DNA from: Octopus vulgaris
Taxonomy: Eukaryota
Direction of reading: 5' to 3'
NCBI GenBank assembly: GCA_951406725.2
Contig: OX597829.1
Coordinates: 48,732,001 to 48,796,000 of the forward strand
Length of the DNA: 64,000 nucleotides
This document shows positions 52,140-64,000 of the stretch, one piece after another. The position numbers and the translations under genes were made by a program. The notes below the pieces were generated by a model. It was not told where the DNA came from. It saw only the letters and a program-made list of their open reading frames with translations, and ran no database searches. How positions within the stretch are numbered: position 1 is the first letter of the stretch; every line of letters starts with the position of its first letter.

Positions 52140-52473
52140 GGTACTTGTATCGCAGAGTGGTCCCGGTTTGCGCACACGCGCAGACGCGCGTCCGTGCTAG
52201 CCAGACGTAGGCAGTCGATCCTACGAGCTGACTGGCGCATGCACGATACAAGTATATATCCTATATATACAAGTATATATCGTATACACGTATATATCGA
52301 TACAAGTATATATCGTATATATACAAGTATATATCGTATACACGTATATATCGAAACAAGTATATATCGTGCATGCGCCAGTCAGCTCGTAGGATCGACT
52401 GCCTACGTCTGTTTAGCGCGGACGCGCGTCTGCGTGTGTGCGCAAACCGGGACCACTCTGCGATACAAGTACC
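52140..52473. mobile_element. GC-rich fold-back MITE with ~110-bp TIRs and 9-bp TSD (Merlin- or Mutator-like)
   Basis: GGTACTTGTATCGCAGAGTGG... / ...CCACTCTGCGATACAAGTACC; flanks GATTGCATT (52131-52139) and GATTACATT (52474-52482). Confidence 0.88.
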
Positions 52474-53224
52474 GATTACATTTGCATTTATTGTTGCTGT
52501 TGCTATTTCATCGCTTGAACTTAGAGAAAGGATTTCATTGTTTTACAGGAAAATTCTATCGCTTCAATGTTGTTAATAATTTCCATCTTTGCATTGTCTT
52601 TTTCTTGATGTCTATCTTTATATTCTGAAAAATCTTCCCCATATTTTGGGTTGTGTTATTCTGGTTCAGTGTTATTGGTCACACACAGACCTATAGAATA
52701 AGTACCAAACCTAAAACATAAGTAATGGGACCGAACCATTCGACTAAACCTTCCCGTGCGGTATCCCTGCATGGCCGCAAATCGATGATTGAAACAAGTA
52801 AAAAATACATTTATTTTAGCCATTTTCGACCATAACTTTGGCTATAATGTTTTACAGGCATTTAGCGGTCAGAGATTTTTCTACTTGATGACACATGCGT
52901 TTCGAGTTTTCATTGCATTATAAATCAGTGAATTTCTTCAGCTGAACAAACATCACAGACATGTCTATAGTTTTACTTCAAAGAAAAAGGTTATTCAGGA
53001 AGTCTATGGTTCATGTGAGGTTTTATCGATAATAAAACTCCCGAATATATTCTAAGATCCATTTTGTATTGTAGAGAAGAACCACTCAGATCAAAACCAA
53101 TTGTTAAGCAATGAAGGGACAAACATAGTGATTCGCACAAATATACTTACGCGCACGCTCATATACACACATGCGCACAACGGACTTCTATGTACTTTCC
53201 ACATTCATATTTATCGGCTTGGTA

Positions 53225-53445
53225 AGGAGGTGTCCTGGCAGAAACGTTAGCACGCCGGGCAAAATGCTTAGCGGTATTTCGTCCATCTTTACGTGTTGAG
53301 TTCAAATTCCGCCGAGGTCAACTTTGCCTTCCATCCTTTCGGGGTCGATAAATAAAGTACCAGTTACGCACTGGGGTCTATGTAATCGACTTAATCCCTT
53401 TGTTTGTCCCCTCTATGTTTAGCCCCTTGTGGGCAATAAAGTAAT
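53225..53445 (+). mobile_element. Family-B SINE with 17-bp TSD, nested in an old family-A copy
   Basis: ATATTTATCGGCTTGGT on both sides. Confidence 0.85.
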
Positions 53446-54164
53446 ATATTTATCGGCTTGGTCCTATAGAAGATACTTTCTCGAGACGTCGTGCAGTGGG
53501 ATTGATCCTGAAACCATGTGCTAGGAAGCGGACTTCATAACCACACTGCCATGCGCGTGCTTATAATTCATAAACATTAAAATATATATTTTTATATTTA
53601 CTTTTTTTTTTTACTCCTTTACTTGTTTCAGTCATTTGACGGAGGCCATGCTGGAGCAACGCCTTTTTTTTTTAGAAATATTCTCTTTCCATTCACTTTC
53701 TAGAAGATTAAATTGCTAGGCAATTTCTCTTCGTGATCTTCCTGATTTCCTTATGTAAGTCTCACATAAAGGTTATTTATGATCAGAACAAAAAGTCCTC
53801 ATTAAAACGATCGAATTTGCCAGACGGTTCTTTTATTTCTTATTTCATCGATAGTTTTGATAACTATACTATGTAAATAATATAGGACTGGATTCGTTTT
53901 CTTTTTTTATTTTGTTGCTCCATGATCATGTCTGTAAACAATGGTATTGCAATGATTCCAGGACAAATATATTCATATGTTCTCTCTGACAGTTGTCCCA
54001 TCCAGCCATTCAGGTAGTAACATCAATCGATTGTTTTTCTTTTTCTTTTTCTTTACTAAAGTCCTTCGATTCCTATATCATTGATCATCAATGACCTTCC
54101 ACCACTTGTTTTTGATCCAGGACTGTCTTTTCTCTTCCCTGATTGTCTTGGTTTCGGAATTGTC

Positions 54165-54716
54165 ATTCTCTACAGGAATGGGTCCCGCCATGCCACCACC
54201 AACATTGACCCAAGCCTCCATCTTATCATGAAATGATTTAATTATAGTTACAAACTGATCCGGACAACCAAGTTTGCCAAGTATTTTCCATAGCAAGGCG
54301 CTATTCACAGTATCAAAGGCCTTGGTTAAATAAACGAATACCTGAACAAGATCCATATTCTGCTCATAGCACTTCTGTCTTGCACCTGTCTTGCAGTGGA
54401 AATCATATCCATTGTCCCTCTACCAGATCGGAAGCCACATTGAGATTCAGATAGGACTTCATTTACGAAACACCCATTCAGACGGGTAAGAAGAATATTT
54501 GCCAGAACCTTGCCAGCAGCTGATAGTAGAGCAATACCTCAGTAGTTACCACACATTGTTCTGGTTCCTTTTCCTTTATAGCGAGGAAGAATAATTGCAT
54601 CCTTCCAGTCCTTAGGCATTGCACCATCCCTCCAGACTACACTAATAAGTTCACGAAGGGACTGTGTGATGCAATTACCACCAAATCGCAAGACCTCAGC
54701 ACAAATTCCATCCCTA
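54165..54716 (-). pseudogene. RTE-clade reverse transcriptase fragment
   Basis: PKDWKDAIILPRYKGKG...CGNY*GIALLSAAGKVLA...ESQCGFRSGRGTMDMI...LTKAFDTVN..LWKILGKLGCP. Confidence 0.9.
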
Positions 54717-55899
54717 GACATGTTTTTATGTGAATATTTGTATTGGCATGCATATGTATTCGTATGCACGCGTCTATGTATATGTGTAAGTGAGCGTGTA
54801 TGTTTATACTTATGTACATACATACATGGATGTATATGTATGCATGTATACATTTGAATTTGTGTGGATGTGTATTTACGTACTTGTCTCTATATATTTA
54901 TATATGTGTTCTTATATATGTATTTGCTTCTAATATACACTTTTATATACACATGTATACATAATTTTATTTTGTGAACGTTCGTTACGCATAGTCAGAC
55001 TTCTTTCTTTCTTCCTTTCTTTCCTTATTTTTTTCTCTCCCTATTCGTTACTTGTATTGAGTCCTGTAACTTTACGCCCCTCTCCCCTTCTCTTACTCAC
55101 GTCTTTAGGTTTCTGTTGCTTATAAGATCGTTACCTTTTCTTCCCCCTCTCTGCGTTTTACTTCTAGTCTATATGTATACACCAAGTGATTTTAGCATAC
55201 GAGCAAGATTGCGTATATACATATATGTATACGTGTATTTCTGTGTATATTTTCGTTTTGCATTTATATGTCTGTATATGTATGTGGTCTGCGCACATCT
55301 ATATGTGTATTTTGATGTATATATATATATATATATATATATGCCGGAGTAAACGCATAAATGTGAAACAAGGTGGAAAAAAGAGTACTCAAATACCAGT
55401 GGTAGAGTAATATGCTTTATTTAAAGCAGCAGAAAATTGAACAAAATTCAACACGATGTTGAATTTTCTGCTGCTTTATATAAAGTATATATATATATAT
55501 ACTTATATATATATATATATATATATATATACTTATATATATATATATATATATACTTAAAGCAATGGGAGCGATTTGTTAGTAGTTTCACTGTAGCCGT
55601 ATAAACTTTTAGCCAGGCGATTCCAGTACAGGAAACCTGGGTGTCCCAACCAGAAGCATTCCTCACTCTCCATACCTTTCCGCAGAATAATTTTATCTGG
55701 AATAATTTCTGTGACAGTAAATAGAAATCGCAATAACGTTAAATAACAATCAAAATGATGAACACGAAATAATTGTTACGTATGCGTTTATCAACAGAAT
55801 GTAAACTATAGACGTTGTGAATGTTTTGATAAAATTTTGATAAAAATTTAGTTGATTTCAAAATGTTTCAGCCTCTTTTCAAGTCATCTGTATAATAAA

Positions 55900-56500
55900 G
55901 CGATATGTAGTCTTCATTCGATGAACATGGTATTTTAATAAAAAAATAGGTTTTGTTATTAAGATGTTTGAGCATTTCAAATAATTCTTGTAATAAAACA
56001 TTTATTCTTCATTCGATGGCCGACATATTGTATATGCATGGTAAGTATTTTAATAAAAAAGAATATTTGTTCTCAAAATGGCTGAGCATTTAAAGTTACT
56101 TCAATAATAAAGCAACATTCTTCATTCGATGTTCGATATACTGCAAGAGCAGGGTGAATATTTTAATAAAAGAATGTTTTGCTCTTGTGTTTGAGTATTT
56201 TAATAACTTTTGGAATAAAGCAACATTAATTCTTCATTCGATGTTCGATATATTGCATATGTAGTATGCTGAGTACTTTAATAAAAGAATGTTTGTTGCT
56301 CAAAATGTCTGAGTATTTAAAGTTACTTCAATAATAAAGCAAAATTCTCCATTCGATGTTCGATATACTGCAAGAGCATGGTGAGTGTTTTGATAAAATA
56401 TAAGTTTTGCTATTAAAATATTTGAGCATTTTTTGAAGTTATTTCTAAATTAAAACATTTGTTCTTCATTTGATGTTCGTTATACTATATATCATGACCA
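55900..56500. repeat. Degenerate tandem repeat, about six units of ~93-117 bp
   Basis: TTCTTCATTCGATGTTCGATATA-like motif recurs near 55912, 56005, 56117, 56230, 56345 and 56462. Confidence 0.75.
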
Positions 56501-56849
56501 TATACACCTTTGGTTACAAGTATATAATGTGTCTAGGTTTGTGTGTGTGTGTTTGTGGGGCTAGAAAAAGTGTGGGAGGAAACGTCTGTAACATTTGTAT
56601 CTCCTGTTTATATACGTTCGTGTAATTTGTTTTTGTTTTTGCTTATTCTTATTTTTTTCATGTGTTTAAACAAAATGAAAATAAAAAATAAATTTAAAAA
56701 AAAATTTTTTTTTAATATTAAAGAAATTTTTTAAAAAAATGTATGTAGTTATTTACTTCCATTTGTTTATTTATTTGTGTATTTTATTTTATCATGTTTT
56801 CAGTTTTGTTTATATTATAACCAGTTTATGGGGATCTTCTGTCATATGC

Positions 56850-57440
56850 TGTGGTGTGTGCTAGTGTTACATTCCAGTTTCCTATTCATGCTAGGTTTAT
56901 CTTCTATTATGTGTGTAGCTTCCGTAATTTGTCTGATTGTTGCATCTGTTCTATGTGTGGACAAGATTTTAACTTCTATGTTGTTGATTGATCCCCCGTG
57001 TTCCTGCTTGGCGTGTTGGTACAGAACCGATGAGCTCTTTCCTTCCTTAAGTTCTCTCCAATGTCCATTTACTCGCTCTCCTATGCTCCGTGCCGTTTCC
57101 CCTACGTATGTCGTTGTCTTGTTACTGCATCATCCCTCTATACATCTTATACTATAGACTACATTTCTGGCTTTACAGTTTGTTTGTGAGCTAAATCTAC
57201 ACTCAGTACAGTACCTATCCGTACTGGGGGTTCTACTAAAAGGGCAGGTTCTACCGATTATGGATTTCATAGGGTTGCCTGGCTTTTCAACAACATTAAT
57301 CCTTAGCTTAAGTTTGTCTAGGGTCCTTCTAAAGCGGTACGCCAGTTCACCTCTAGGGGTAGTGTCGATGAACATGACACTCTGACATTTGTGGCTATCA
57401 TACCAAGAGTTGGCCTTCCCTATTTTCTTCTCTGTCCTTT
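56850..57440 (-). pseudogene. Penelope-like element, GIY-YIG endonuclease region (5'-truncated, one stop)
   Basis: VMFIDTTPRGELA...VVEKPG...CTEC....NCKARNVVYSIRC...*...TYVGETARSIGERVNGH...VLYQHAKQEH...IRQITEATHI...PSMN: VVY-YVG motif plus conserved R, H, E and N. Confidence 0.9.
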
Positions 57441-57763
57441 CAATAGTGTTTCATAGACGCACATAGAGATATACGTATGCGCAAATGAAGACATACAATA
57501 GAAATACAAAATGTCTGACGGTTAGTAAGAAGAGAAAGAAGAAAGCAAAGGACCACTGATACGGTCACAGGAGTGTGACGAAAGAACTCTGTCCGAAATA
57601 AGATTAAGATTAATGTAAAAAATGAATAACACTGAAGCAAAGTAACACCAAATATATAGTGCGTGTGTTTTTATTGGCTAAACTGGCAAAATGACCATTC
57701 CTAAATACAACAATACATATATATATATATACGTATGTACGTGTGTATGCATGTATGTATGAA

Positions 57764-57800
<37 letters not shown>

Positions 57801-57820
57801 GTAATGGGCTTCTTTCAGTT

Positions 57821-58053
57821 TCTTATTTCTTTATTGTCCATAAGGGGCTAAACATAGAGGGACAAACAAGGACAGACAAAGGGATTAAGTCGATTACATC
57901 GACCCCAGTGCGAAACTTATTCTTAGTTTATCGACCCCGAGAGGATGAAAGGCAAAGTCGACCTCGGCGGAATTTAAACTCAGAACGTAGCGGCAGACGA
58001 AATGCCGCCAAGCATTTCGCCCGGCGTGCTAACTTTTCTGCCAGCTCACCGCC
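57821..58053 (-). mobile_element. Family-B SINE inserted into a family-A SINE (57803-58209)
   Basis: Host TTTCAGTT is duplicated on both sides. Confidence 0.82.
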
Positions 58054-60353
58054 TTGTTTCAGTTCCTACCAACAAAATCCACTCGCAAGGCTTTGTTCAA
58101 CCAGAGGCTTTAGTAAAAAACCCTTGCCTAAGGTGCAAACACAATGGAACTGAACCCGGAACCATGTGGTTAGGAAGCAAGCTTCTTACCACAAAGCCAC
58201 ACCAGCGCCTAGGCATTTTACTAATTATATATAAATATATTCTTTCAGGTTTTTGACATCAGTAAAATAATGCTCATTCACAAAATAATAACTTCTAATT
58301 AGGTTAGAACTGCGGACCATTTTCATGGCTGTCACTAAACCGCTATAAAATGCTTTAAATGATTGTCCCCCACCTCATTATACTTCTCATTGGTCAGTTC
58401 CCTTTAATGTTTTCGTGTGGTCGTCTGTCATATACGCTTCGTTCTTCATTCACCATATTACGAAGGTTGCGTGCGAAAACAAGATTAATAACACTGATAT
58501 TTGACTTTTCATATATTTTATTAACCCGCATGTGTACTTACAAACATATCAATGGAATAACGTTCATGAAACAACGAACATAATAGCTTTTAATAGGAAA
58601 ATAATATCAAAGCGGTATTTAGTCCGTCACTACGTTCTGAGTTCAAATTCCGCTGATGTTGACTTTTAAATTTCACCCTTTCGAGGTTGCTAAAATAAGC
58701 AAGAACCAGTTGAGTACTACTGGAGTCGAGGCAATCGACTTTCGTCCTCCTCCAGAATTGCTGACCTTCTACCAAAATTTGAAACTAGTATCATGAAAAC
58801 ACTATATGATGACTGAAGACGAAATAAGTGGGGTGAATTTAAATCATTACATAATATTAATGTTTGTTACCCGACACTACTACTTAAAGTTGTTGCCTTT
58901 TGTGGAGTACAACATAAGCTTGTTAAATAATAAAAAAGTGAAAGAAGGTGAAAGACCAACTCACTGAACAAAGTGACATAGTTTCGTTTGGATGACAGAG
59001 TAGTTCTGGTCTGAGGCTAAATTGGCCACAGATTTTCCAGAACCTTCGGCAAAATTGTTTAGCAGAAAAATGTACTCATTTCCTTTAGAGTTCGCACAAC
59101 AGCCATAAATCAGCTAGTGTTGACTGGCCGAGCCATATTCCCGTAGGCATGAATGTCTTTTATGGCAGCACTTTTCCTTTTATGGTGATGCGGTAGGTCG
59201 TGACTTCTAGTCTGAGAATATCAGAGAGCAATGGTTCAGAACTCAGAAAAAGGCTTCGCCACAACGTGATCGATAGAGATTTTACTTATTCCAAAGCATG
59301 TTTCAAAACTTTGATGAGCAATTCGAAAATAGTTTGATTTCTATCGTTGCCTGCACAAGTTTTCGCCCACCATCAATCAAAATTTTCTTCCACTTGTCTT
59401 TTCCGTTGAGAAACATTCGTGTAAAGTGTATGCTGTGCGGACTGTGTTGTATTAATATACTAATAGATAACGCCTGTGATGAAGAACGTAAATTATGCAG
59501 GTTGCTTGTGTTATTTTAGTGCTGGGAATCAATAATGTAAGGGCATGTGTTGAGTTTTATATTGGGTAGTGACTGAATAGTGTGCGCTGTGTTGCATCGA
59601 ATTGTTTTTGGGTGGTGATTCTGTGGAGACAGTCGTGCTGCTTGTTTTATTGAGTAATAAATGACATGCAAAATGAAAGTGGGCCGCAGAGAAAATGCAG
59701 CGTGAGTAGGTTGCTACACTTGCTCTCTAAACGACAAAGGATTGCCGGTCGATGTTTGTACTGCAGTACTCTTCTTTTTTTTTGTTTCTTATTTTCTTTT
59801 TTGTTTGTTCTTGAACAGAAAATGGTTTCAGAATGTTTGTCTCGCTTCCAATTTGTGTGCCAATACATGAAAATCTTTTAGTCATCCAGGACGAGATGAG
59901 GTATCTTGCAAACAACCTGCACATGCAAGTGCTTCCAGTCAAAAAACTCCGCATACCGGAAGCTAGCAAGAGTATGGGGTCATCAGGAGAGAATGCATGC
60001 CGTTTCGGGGCCTACCTCTCGACGGCATCAATGCGCACCGGCTCCCCCCTCACTGATATGAGGCCCATGCTTGCTAGATCAGCTGGTAATCAAATAAAGC
60101 TCAATTTAAGAAAACGGAAGTTACTAAATGATAAGCTAATTCAGTATTGCCACACGCAAATAAAACACTCAAGGCTGCTATTGTTTCTGAGTCTAATCAA
60201 CGATTAAATGGCTTAGAGTCGATGCTAGGTCGCATCATCAGTGAGAATCTTTTCACGGCAAACATACACTCGTAGCATAACAATGATTAATTCACAAAGA
60301 CTAGCTTTCCGCTAAAAAAAACCCCCAAAAAACAACCCAAACCCACGTTGAAG

Positions 60354-60404
<51 letters not shown>

Positions 60405-60572
60405 AAACCACCACCACCACCACCACCACCACCACCACCACTACTATGTTTTATAGAAACATCTTTCAAAATCCCTATTTTGTTTTTCTCGCACATCAAC
60501 TTGTGTAGGTTGAACTATGTAAAATGTTAGACAAAGAAACTTCACTGTTTCTTGCAATACATACATTTAAAG

Positions 60573-60917
60573 CAGGGCGATTTCAACCATTTTTTAAAAA
60601 TCTATGGACTCCTTTGATTATTATTTATTCTGGTTGACTCTCAAAGCCATTCTGTGTTTAAAAACTAGTTTTATAGAAACTTCTTTCAAAATTCCTGTTT
60701 TATTTTCTCTCAAATTAACTTGTGTGGTTTGAACCTTGAAAAATATTAGAGAAAAAAGCCAAGCTTTTTTCTTGCAATACACAGCAATACATACATCAAA
60801 AGCAAAATGTTTTCAGAGCCCTTAAAATACTATTGTGGATCCCCAAATGAATATTTTGCTACGGGGAGTCTCAAAACGTCTTATATGGACTCTCAGGATC
60901 TCGGTTGAGAAGCACAG
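60573..60917. mobile_element. Probable hAT (Charlie-like) MITE adjoining a fragment of the same family (60444-60572)
   Basis: Imperfect TIRs CAGGGCGATTTCAACC / GGTTGAGAAGCACAG, NTCTAGAN-type right flank; internal 60667-60805 resembles 60444-60574. Confidence 0.55.
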
Positions 60918-60936
60918 TTCTAGACTAATTCATCCC

Positions 60937-61434
60937 TCTTCTCCTTATCTCCTCAAAGACATACAGCATCTCGAAAGAGTCCAGAAGCTGGCTACCCGCA
61001 TGGTTCATGGTCTCAAAAATTTGTCCTACGAAGAAAGGCTGAGGACGTTCGACCTTTATTCTCTTGAAAAACGCCGCCGCCGTGGTGATCTCATTCTCGC
61101 CCACAACATCATAAGCGGAAAGTGTAACCTCTCGAAAGAGCTGTTCTTCACTCCTGCTCCAGAGCGTCGGCTGCGGGGTCATTCCGAAAAGCCTCTACCT
61201 GCGACGATTTCATCTCAATCGAAGGAGAGGAGCTTTCTCCGTCCGGGTTGCGGATCCGTGGAACAAGCTGCCAGACGAGATGGTGAAGATGCCGACGACC
61301 GCTTTGTTCAAAGTCTCCCTTGAACTCAAGTGGCCTGAACTCTTTACATGAACACCACCCTGTACTTAACTCCATGTCCCCCTACATGGCCTTGCTATTT
61401 GCTTTTGAGCCAAATTAACTAACTAACTAACTAA
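60937..61434 (+). mobile_element. 5'-truncated CR1-clade LINE (ORF2 C-terminus, 3' UTR, (TAAC)n tail)
   Basis: PYLLKDIQHLERVQKLATRMV.GLKNLSYEERL...LYSLEKRR.RGDLI...RGH then (frameshift) FSVRVADPWNKLP. CATCCC is duplicated at 60931-60936 and 61435-61440. Confidence 0.9.
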
Positions 61435-62278
61435 CATCCCATCATTGAAAAAAAAAAAAGCAAGTTCTATATATCATGGTAATCTATCCACTGAATTTAT
61501 TTCCAATATTGTCCAATATTCTCTCACTTGTCGTTACTTTTCCCTTCAAAAGCCTGTTATTGTACGATTCAGTCATGTAGAAGGTCGCACAAGAATTCAC
61601 ATACGATAGTATAGTAGGTTGTAGCTTATTAAGAAAAACTTATTAGTCAATAGACAATTTCAAAGTCCATTGTAGTGAGATATTGTAAAACTAGTAGCGT
61701 TGAGACAGAAACAATTTAAAGCAACGGCTTAGCTATGGACCAACGATAAATACTAATGCTAATACTAGATCAATTGAAGGAGAAATTGTATAATTCAGAC
61801 AACACGAAGTCAATTAATCCAGAATCCTTTAAAACCAACCAAATCTAGGTTAATCTAGGAAAAAAATATTGGAAGAAAGGGCGACTGTAGTCAACAGAAT
61901 TCTGAATAGAATAAGAGATACAAATAATAATGAATCAAATCGATTGCTAGTGGGAACAATTGCAGCAAATTAATTAGGTTTGGATACCAAAGATTATTCT
62001 CTTAAAGCAAATAGAATAACAAAAATTTCTCCCATCAAATTAAATTAATAAATAAAGAAACAAGGGACATCAAATTGGAATGTGTGCGTATATATATATA
62101 TATATATATATATATAGGTCGCTAGAAGGCCCCCAACTTAAAGATGTCATGCTGTAATAGTAATGTTTAAACAAAAGTCAGTAGGATCTCAGCAGTATGT
62201 CTTGAATTAATCATTCCAGCGACTTGAAGCTTGTTGTTTGTTGTGACAGAGGAAATTGTGAGAAAGATACTTATATAA

Positions 62279-62681
62279 GGCGCAGGAGTGGCTGTGTGGT
62301 AAGTAGCTTGTTTACCAACCACATGGTTCCGGGCTCAGTCCCACTGCGTGGCACCTTGGGCAAGTGTCTTCTACTATAGCCTAGGGCCGACCAAAGCCTT
62401 GTGAGTGGATTTCGTAGACGGAAACTGAAAGAAGCCCGTCCTATATATGTATATATATATATGTATGTGTGTGTTTGTCACCCTAGCATTGCTTGACAAC
62501 CGATGCTGGTGTGTTTAGGTCCCCGTCACCTAGCGGTTCGGCAAAAGATACCGATAGAATAAGTACTGGGCTTACAAAAGAATAAGTCCCGGGGTCGATT
62601 TGCTCGATTAAAGGCGGTGCTCCAGCATGGCCGCAGTCAAATGACTGAAACAAGTAAAAGAGTAAAAGAGAGTAAAGAGTA
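62279..62681 (+). mobile_element. Family-A SINE, full length
   Basis: Head to (GAGTAAAA)n tail. Confidence 0.9.
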
Positions 62682-62940
62682 TATAAAAATGCCATGAAGA
62701 GATTCAAAGTAAAGACATTACAATGTATCAAAGGAATAAATACATAAATACACGGATATCATAAAAATGGCACCATATAGGTGCTCAAAGGCACCTATAG
62801 GCTCAGAGGCACCTGTATATTCTTTTATTCTTTGATTTGTTTTGAGTCATTTTGACTGCGTCCATGCTGGAGCACCGCCTTTAATTTTTTCATTCATTTT
62901 GGCAATTTCACGACAATATGTCTCTGCAGTGTTGGCTTTT

Positions 62941-63066
62941 CAGGGTTTTAAGAATTTATAGTGGACGAGTCCAGCGGTGCACCACCGAACAGTCATCATA
63001 ACCTTCTTTTTGAAGATCTTGGGCTTAGGAAAGGTTTTCGGTGCTTCGTTTTGATCCAACCACTGT
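62941..63066 (-). pseudogene. Mariner transposase fragment
   Basis: QWLDQNEAPKTFPKPKIFKKKVMMTVRWCTAGLVHYKFLKP matches the mariner W.....P...K......KVM..VWW...G.VH.E.L.P segment. Confidence 0.8.
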
Positions 63067-63489
63067 AAAGAACGTCGGAATGAGTACCAGGTTTTAAAAA
63101 AATAATTACTAGGTCGATTCATTCGACAAAAGAAAATTCAAGGCGGTGCCCCAGCATGGCCGCACTTTAAGGGCGCTAAAACAAGTAAAAGATAAAAGAA
63201 AAGAAAGAAGCTATGAAAGGTAAGATAGACTGATTGCCTGGAGATAAGAAGAGATCAGCGGACATGTTTCTGTCACTAAAAGCATCATCAGCACAGCAGA
63301 TTCCCTCCCTTGTTTCTAGCAGAACGAGATAATCGCGCATATTAAAAGAATTTTAGAAAAAAAAAAAAAGAACAATTGTGGCTTTTTCTCCACTGAAATA
63401 ATTAGAATAGCAATATTTTTGGGTAGATATGTATTTATTTTAATATCAACATCTGCATGTCCTCATGTGTATATTTCTTGAACTATTTT

Positions 63490-63821
63490 TAGTCGAATGA
63501 GTTGACCCTCGTATTGAATTTTTAAGGGCAGGTAATTATTCTATCGGTCATTTTTGTTGAGCCACTAGGTTACAAGGACTTAAACACACTAACAACGGTT
63601 GTCAAACGACGATAAGAGACAGAGAGATACACACACACACATACATACACACGCGCGCGCGAGAGAGAAGGGGTTCTTTCAGTTTCCATCTACCAAATCC
63701 ACTCACAAGGCTTTGGTCGGCCAGGACTTATAAGTAGAAGGCAATGTTTCACGCAATAAGATTGAACCCAGAACCACGCTGTTGGGAAGCAAACTTTCTA
63801 ACACACAGACACGCCTGCGCA
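63490..63821 (-). mobile_element. Old family-A SINE
   Basis: CTTTCAGTTTCCATCTACCAAATCCACTCACAAGGCTTTGGTCGGCC core. Confidence 0.75.
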
Positions 63822-64000
63822 TGACTATCAGAATACATTATTTTAGCTCTGCGTCAGCGTAACGAGCCTTCTATGACCATTATGTAAAGTCCACTTCATC
63901 AACAATATTGCTCTTAGATTTCATTTTGGTTTAGCCGAAAACTCATTTAAAGCAAGCTTTTATTAAACGTAATTGAACATTGATGATAATCAACATATTT

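Noticed and set aside
58990-60250. Possible decayed piggyBac-like transposase or host exon in a CpG-containing unique region
   Set aside because: Only vague fragments (e.g. an SID-like motif on the - strand) are visible. I could not establish a convincing frame, TIRs or splice sites; BLASTX would be needed.

Overview
Eukaryotic, AT-rich, repeat-saturated genomic DNA. The SINE and microsatellite landscape is most consistent with an octopus (coleoid cephalopod) genome, which is an inference. The only supportable host gene is the 3' part of ABHD11 (+ strand): a penultimate exon at 2546-2727 and a last exon with CDS 23816-23960, separated by a 21,088-bp GT-AG intron. Almost all long ORFs in the supplied track are microsatellite or SINE artefacts. 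The rest comprises several tRNA-derived SINE families, decayed R4/Dong-, RTE-, CR1- and Penelope-like retroelements, mariner, piggyBac, hAT and Merlin/MULE-type DNA elements, five non-autonomous Helitrons, and two homogeneous intronic tandem arrays (30 x 93 bp, derived from a SINE 3' end; 15 x 102 bp, carrying a hammerhead-like core). The most unusual signal is a set of fold-back insertions with hammerhead-ribozyme motifs. The best example (40845-41346) is a tRNA-headed (Pol III) element containing a minimal type-I hammerhead, inserted as an inverted dimer with a 12-bp target-site duplication, suggesting a SINE-like parasite of Penelope-like retroelements.
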